DNA of 59,214 nucleotides from Sedimentisphaerales bacterium (lineage in GTDB: Bacteria; Planctomycetota; Phycisphaerae; Sedimentisphaerales; Anaerobacaceae), in NCBI GenBank assembly GCA_049287505.1, contig JBAQFY010000352.1:1-59214 (forward strand). The letters run 5' to 3'. Below are positions 56,308 through 59,214 of the stretch, in pieces. The notes under the pieces are model-generated. The model did not search any database. It was not told the origin of the DNA and was given only the letters and a program-made list of their open reading frames with translations. How positions within the stretch are numbered: position 1 is the first letter of the stretch; the number at the start of each line of letters is the position of its first letter. Both the position numbers and the translations under genes were made by a program.

Positions 56308-56928
56308 ATGATGAAAAAGACAGGAAAGTGCAAAAGTGCAAATATGCAAAAAAGCACAAGACTTTTGGGCTATGTACTTATATGTTTTTTGTTTGTCGGC
56401 TGCGATAGTCTGCGTTTTGCGCCTACTGAGACGCAAAAGCAGAACGCCTGGCTGCATAACCGCACAGCAACGATTGCCGCCGATACTGCAAAAATAGAGA
56501 ATGCTTCTGAAAAGCTGCAGTCGTTGACACAGCTAAGCGAAGTGCAGTCTCGAGCATTTGGCTCTTATTATGGCCTGCCGAAAGAATTTCCAAAGGCAGA
56601 AACCGCCGAAGATGTGCTTGCCGAATCGAATTGGCAGCTTGCTCACGCAGCGTTGAGCGAATCGACCGACCGGCAGGATGCCTGGCAAGTAGCTGATTCT
56701 ATGCTGGAGCTGGGTATCGGTATATGTGCGTTGCTTGGTGGTGTTTATGGAACAAGAGCTGTTGGATTCCTACAAAATGCCAAGACAAAATCCAAGGCAT
56801 TGCAGGAGATTATCACCGGCAATGAGCTTTTCAAAAAGCAGAACGCCTCTTCCACCTCTGCATTTAAACAGGCCCATCAAAACCAATCACCCCAAACCCG
56901 TCAAATCGTAGCGGAAATGAAAGGTTAA
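56308..56928 (+). CDS. lipoprotein with a C-terminal TM helix (u-spanin-like topology, speculative)
   Basis: Lipobox LFVGC after a basic N-terminus, and a C-terminal hydrophobic helix LELGIGICALLGGVYG. Its last 22 codons are duplicated at 58810-58875. Confidence 0.5.
   Translation: MMKKTGKCKSANMQKSTRLLGYVLICFLFVGCDSLRFAPTETQKQNAWLHNRTATIAADTAKIENASEKLQSLTQLSEVQSRAFGSYYGLPKEFPKAETAEDVLAESNWQLAHAALSESTDRQDAWQVADSMLELGIGICALLGGVYGTRAVGFLQNAKTKSKALQEIITGNELFKKQNASSTSAFKQAHQNQSPQTRQIVAEMKG
56857..56922 (+). repeat. 66-bp direct repeat, left copy (3' end of the lipoprotein gene)
   Basis: Aligns without gaps to 58810-58875 (offset 1953 nt), 56/66 identical by hand count, with the frame preserved (KQAHQNQSPQTRQIVAEMKG* vs KQAHQNQSPQTHQIVVEMKT*). 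Confidence 0.85.
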
Positions 56929-57075
56929 AATTTCTTGTAAAAGGGCTTGTTTTTTGTTATATTATTATATGCTTTCTTCCTTAGTTCGGAAATGTGGTTT
57001 AGGTTTGTATATCAACGATTTTTCAAGTCAAGGGATTGTTTTGTCGATAAATATTTGTTAGTGTGACACTTACAG

Positions 57076-57756
57076 ATGGCTAGTCAAAGCAAAAATTTTA
57101 TAAGTTTCGTAGCTTTAGGTGGACAAAATCCGCAAATTCTTAATGTGGATTTTCTAAAGGATGAGAAAATTATTCCAATTGATGAAGCACCTTTCGACCA
57201 AATTTTTAGTCAAGAAAAACCTGTGAAGAAATTTATCTCACTTCCTGGTCTTGCAAATTTAGTGATAGGGAATTTAGAAATTGTAATCGATGAAGGTAGG
57301 TTTCAAATACGAGAAACAGCAATTTCGGAGTGGGTGGACACAAAGATTATAGACATAGCTAAGAGGTATTTTGAAGTATTGAAATATACTCCTTTGAAAC
57401 TGATTGGATTCAACTTCAATTCTACAATTGTTTTTGATACCCCTGAAGAGGCGGAAAATTGTCAGCAAATATGTCTTCCAAAAGGTAGCCCGCTTATAAA
57501 GATTATTTCGAGAGGCAATATTAATATAAGTGCGAGTTCCGTTTTACGTTACCTTTATGGTGATGATGGCGGACGTATTTTGTTAACAATTGAGCAACCC
57601 AATAAGGAAAATACTAGAAGGATGATCAACTTTAACTATGAGTTTGAATTTACAAATTGGACAAATTTTAAGAATGAATTAGAAAAATTTTCAGAAATAG
57701 CAGATTACTCTGATTCTATTCTTACTGGTCTTGTTGAATTGTTAAAGGCTATTTAA
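57076..57756 (+). CDS. uncharacterised protein, gene 1 of the AT-rich triad
   Basis: 226-aa ORF. The segment RFQIRETAISEWVDTKIIDIAKRYFEVLKYTPLKLIGFNFNSTIVF loosely recalls TIGR04255-type uncharacterised proteins, from memory only. Confidence 0.6.
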   Translation: MASQSKNFISFVALGGQNPQILNVDFLKDEKIIPIDEAPFDQIFSQEKPVKKFISLPGLANLVIGNLEIVIDEGRFQIRETAISEWVDTKIIDIAKRYFEVLKYTPLKLIGFNFNSTIVFDTPEEAENCQQICLPKGSPLIKIISRGNINISASSVLRYLYGDDGGRILLTIEQPNKENTRRMINFNYEFEFTNWTNFKNELEKFSEIADYSDSILTGLVELLKAI

Positions 57757-57757
57757 T

Positions 57758-58351
57758 ATGACACCCACAATTACAACAACAATCGATATAGAAAAATCGC
57801 TTGGCGAACTGAAAGATGCACCTGATATTAGCAAATTTGGAATGAAGACAGAAGGTACTTCTGACTTTAATTTTGGGGAATTACGAAATACTTTTGTGAT
57901 TCACTCTGAGTTGGACGACCCCAAAAAATTAAGGCTTTTGAACAAAATCTTTGAAGAGAAATCTGAAATAACAAGCGGCAAAGTAAGAATCTTGATGTTT
58001 CAAAAAGAAGATACAGTTGATATAGAACCTTGGCCAGTAGTGCCTGAATTTCCAGAGCCAGTGAATGGTGCCTGCATAGAGTTCTGTGATTCTCATGGAT
58101 TAAATCCTGTTTTGAGAACATGTCTTGAGCGAGCAAGGCATACTTTCTCAAATATAAAAAACTTATACGCTGAGTTGGATTATTTCCGTGATAATGAACA
58201 GGAAGATGTCGGACATGTCGTTATACGGCTGGAAGTTGAATCAGATCAGAAAACTGCCCTGAGCCAATACGATGCTTGGATTGACTGGATGGTTGCGAAT
58301 CTATCTGTGAGCGAAAGTAATTTCTTCACTCTTACGATTAGACGAGTATAA
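57758..58351 (+). CDS. uncharacterised protein, gene 2 of the AT-rich triad
   Basis: 197-aa ORF starting 1 nt after the gene 1 stop (taatATG). No recognisable motif. Confidence 0.6.
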   Translation: MTPTITTTIDIEKSLGELKDAPDISKFGMKTEGTSDFNFGELRNTFVIHSELDDPKKLRLLNKIFEEKSEITSGKVRILMFQKEDTVDIEPWPVVPEFPEPVNGACIEFCDSHGLNPVLRTCLERARHTFSNIKNLYAELDYFRDNEQEDVGHVVIRLEVESDQKTALSQYDAWIDWMVANLSVSESNFFTLTIRRV

Positions 58352-58361
58352 AGGTGAAGTT

Positions 58362-58787
58362 GTGGAGCCTACCGACTTTTTTAAAACCGCCAAACTATTA
58401 AAAACACATGTAAACGAAGAAGCACATATTCGCACTTCCATTAGTCGTTCATACTATGCAGCGTTTTTATATTTTAGAGAGTGGCTTAAAGCACGAGGCT
58501 TAGAAAAAAAGATAAAACCAAGTCAAGGTATTCATGTATTTGTGATACAATGCTTAGGATTCTCTCAGGTTTTAGAAGGCCAGAAAGCTTCAAAATATCT
58601 TCACGATTTGCAGCAAAGACGTGAAGACGCAGATTACCATTTAGATAAAAAACTTTCGCAAAATGATGCAGAAGATACATTTGCCTGCGCGAGAAAAGTA
58701 GTAGATGACTATAATATCACCGTCACAAAAGAGAGCGAAATCATTGAAAACGCAAGAAATTTCGCCATTCAAAAATCCTGGATATGA
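58362..58787 (+). CDS. HEPN-domain protein with an intact Rx4-6H motif (putative RNase effector), gene 3 of the triad
   Basis: SISRSYYAAFLYFREWLKARG is HEPN helix 1-2. LQQRREDADYH is R-x5/6-H. GTG start with an aaggtgaag RBS. Confidence 0.55.
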   Translation: MEPTDFFKTAKLLKTHVNEEAHIRTSISRSYYAAFLYFREWLKARGLEKKIKPSQGIHVFVIQCLGFSQVLEGQKASKYLHDLQQRREDADYHLDKKLSQNDAEDTFACARKVVDDYNITVTKESEIIENARNFAIQKSWI

Positions 58788-58809
58788 AAATTTCCAGATT
58801 TCTTATATT

Positions 58810-58875
58810 TCTGCCTCCAAACAAGCCCACCAGAACCAATCACCCCAAACCCATCAAATAGTAGTGGAGATGAAA
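58810..58875 (+). repeat. 66-bp direct repeat, right copy (orphan 3'-end fragment)
   Basis: See 56857-56922. There is no upstream ORF body in frame. Confidence 0.85.
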
Positions 58876-59013
58876 ACGTGATTTAAGATTGGATGCTTGG
58901 TGCTCATCCACGAGCAATGAGATTCAAATTAAACAGAGAAGCGTTGACGCCGATGAGCAATTATGCTATTCTGCTCTCGCGCTTAGAGTCGAATCCTTCA
59001 CAGAGAAACCATT

Positions 59014-59214
59014 ATGAAACGAAGAGAATTTCTTGTGTTAAGTACAGGCATGCTTGGAGGCCTTTGTATGCGAAGTTCCGCACAAATCCAACCGACAGAC
59101 AAAACCGCAAAAGAATCGAAAAAGCCGTTCAAAATTTCTCTGGCTCAATGGTCTTTGCATAGAAGGCTTTTCGGCCGGCAGAAGCCGAAACTGGACAATC
59201 TCGACTTTGCAAAA
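59014..59214 (+). CDS. TAT-signal sugar phosphate isomerase/epimerase (xylose-isomerase-like TIM barrel) family protein, N-terminal fragment
   Basis: ATG 59014 reads MKRREFLVLSTGMLGGLCMRSSAQ...KPFKISLAQWSLHRRLFGRQKPKLDNLDFAK. It has a twin-arginine signal plus the KISLAQWSL...LDF opening typical of this family. It runs off the right edge, so the ORF-track frame 58893-59162 is rejected. Confidence 0.65.
   Translation, partial: MKRREFLVLSTGMLGGLCMRSSAQIQPTDKTAKESKKPFKISLAQWSLHRRLFGRQKPKLDNLDFAK

Larger units (their letters stand above)
19612..58875. mobile_element. mosaic prophage-like region (podovirus-type structural module, no integrase found, several AT-rich defence-type cassettes and host-type cargo)
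   Basis: TerL, portal, scaffold, SU10-like capsid and tail-fibre-like proteins, plus ParB-like, DUF1376 and XRE-ImmA genes. It is flanked by chromosomal genes (FG-GAP on the left, a sugar-phosphate-isomerase-like gene on the right). Boundaries are approximate because no att repeat was identified. Confidence 0.6.

Noticed and set aside
57758-58351. A possible cryptic minimal nucleotidyltransferase (MNT) motif in triad gene 2 (TSG-x13-DIE), which would make a classical HEPN/MNT pair.
   Set aside because: The order is SG, not GS or GG. The surrounding sequence lacks the usual ARG...SD[IV]D[LI] context, and the predicted strand pattern does not fit the fold.
58960-59000. gagtcgaatcc resembles a tRNA T-loop. 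I considered a possible tRNA fragment or att site at the right end of the island.
   Set aside because: No complementary T-stem, acceptor stem or anticodon arm can be drawn around it, and no matching copy occurs near 19 kb.

Overview
59,214-bp window, probably from a PVC-superphylum-type bacterium. That assignment is an inference from gene content: TAT-signal arylsulfatase, FG-GAP propeller, M14 peptidases and a giant Cys/Pro-rich secreted protein. Layout: (i) 1-2126 holds the 5' end of aspS and an AT-rich type II restriction-modification pair. (ii) 2241-18742 is one long minus-strand chromosomal block: a PI-PLC-like lipoprotein, two tandem paralogous ~0.9-kaa membrane proteins, a 1550-aa secreted protein whose C-terminal 650 aa are ~90 consecutive C-P-x-x-x-T-x heptads, an M14 carboxypeptidase, a paralogue lacking all three zinc ligands, and an FG-GAP propeller. 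(iii) 18.8-19.6 kb is an AT-rich non-coding junction with two related long-loop hairpins and tandem sigma70-like promoters. (iv) ~19.6-58.9 kb is a mosaic prophage-like region with no integrase. It contains XRE-ImmA plus a PIN-like gene and TerL. About 7 kb of cargo follows (FAD oxidoreductase, sulfatase, ATPase+TOPRIM pair). Next come a leftward early module (TerS-like, Myb-like, ParB-like, GNAT-like), an AbiE-like locus with a nonsense-disrupted nucleotidyltransferase, and DUF1376 / ABC-type ATPase / sigma-region-4-like genes. After a clustered hairpin repeat lie host-type nitroreductase and ribokinase genes. A rightward podovirus-like structural module follows (portal, scaffold, SU10-like capsid, CE4-deacetylase and LamG tail proteins). 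The region ends with a methyltransferase, an SPL-family radical-SAM gene and a lipoprotein. (v) From 59014 a TAT-signal sugar-phosphate-isomerase-like gene starts. Best candidates for something new: an AT-rich three-gene operon ending in an Rx4-6H HEPN protein (57076-58787), bracketed by a 66-bp duplication of the upstream gene's 3' end; the ~93-unit Cys-Pro heptad array; and a 148-bp inverted repeat placed 75-80 nt upstream of the two outward-facing phage operons. All family calls come from motif reading only. No searches were run.
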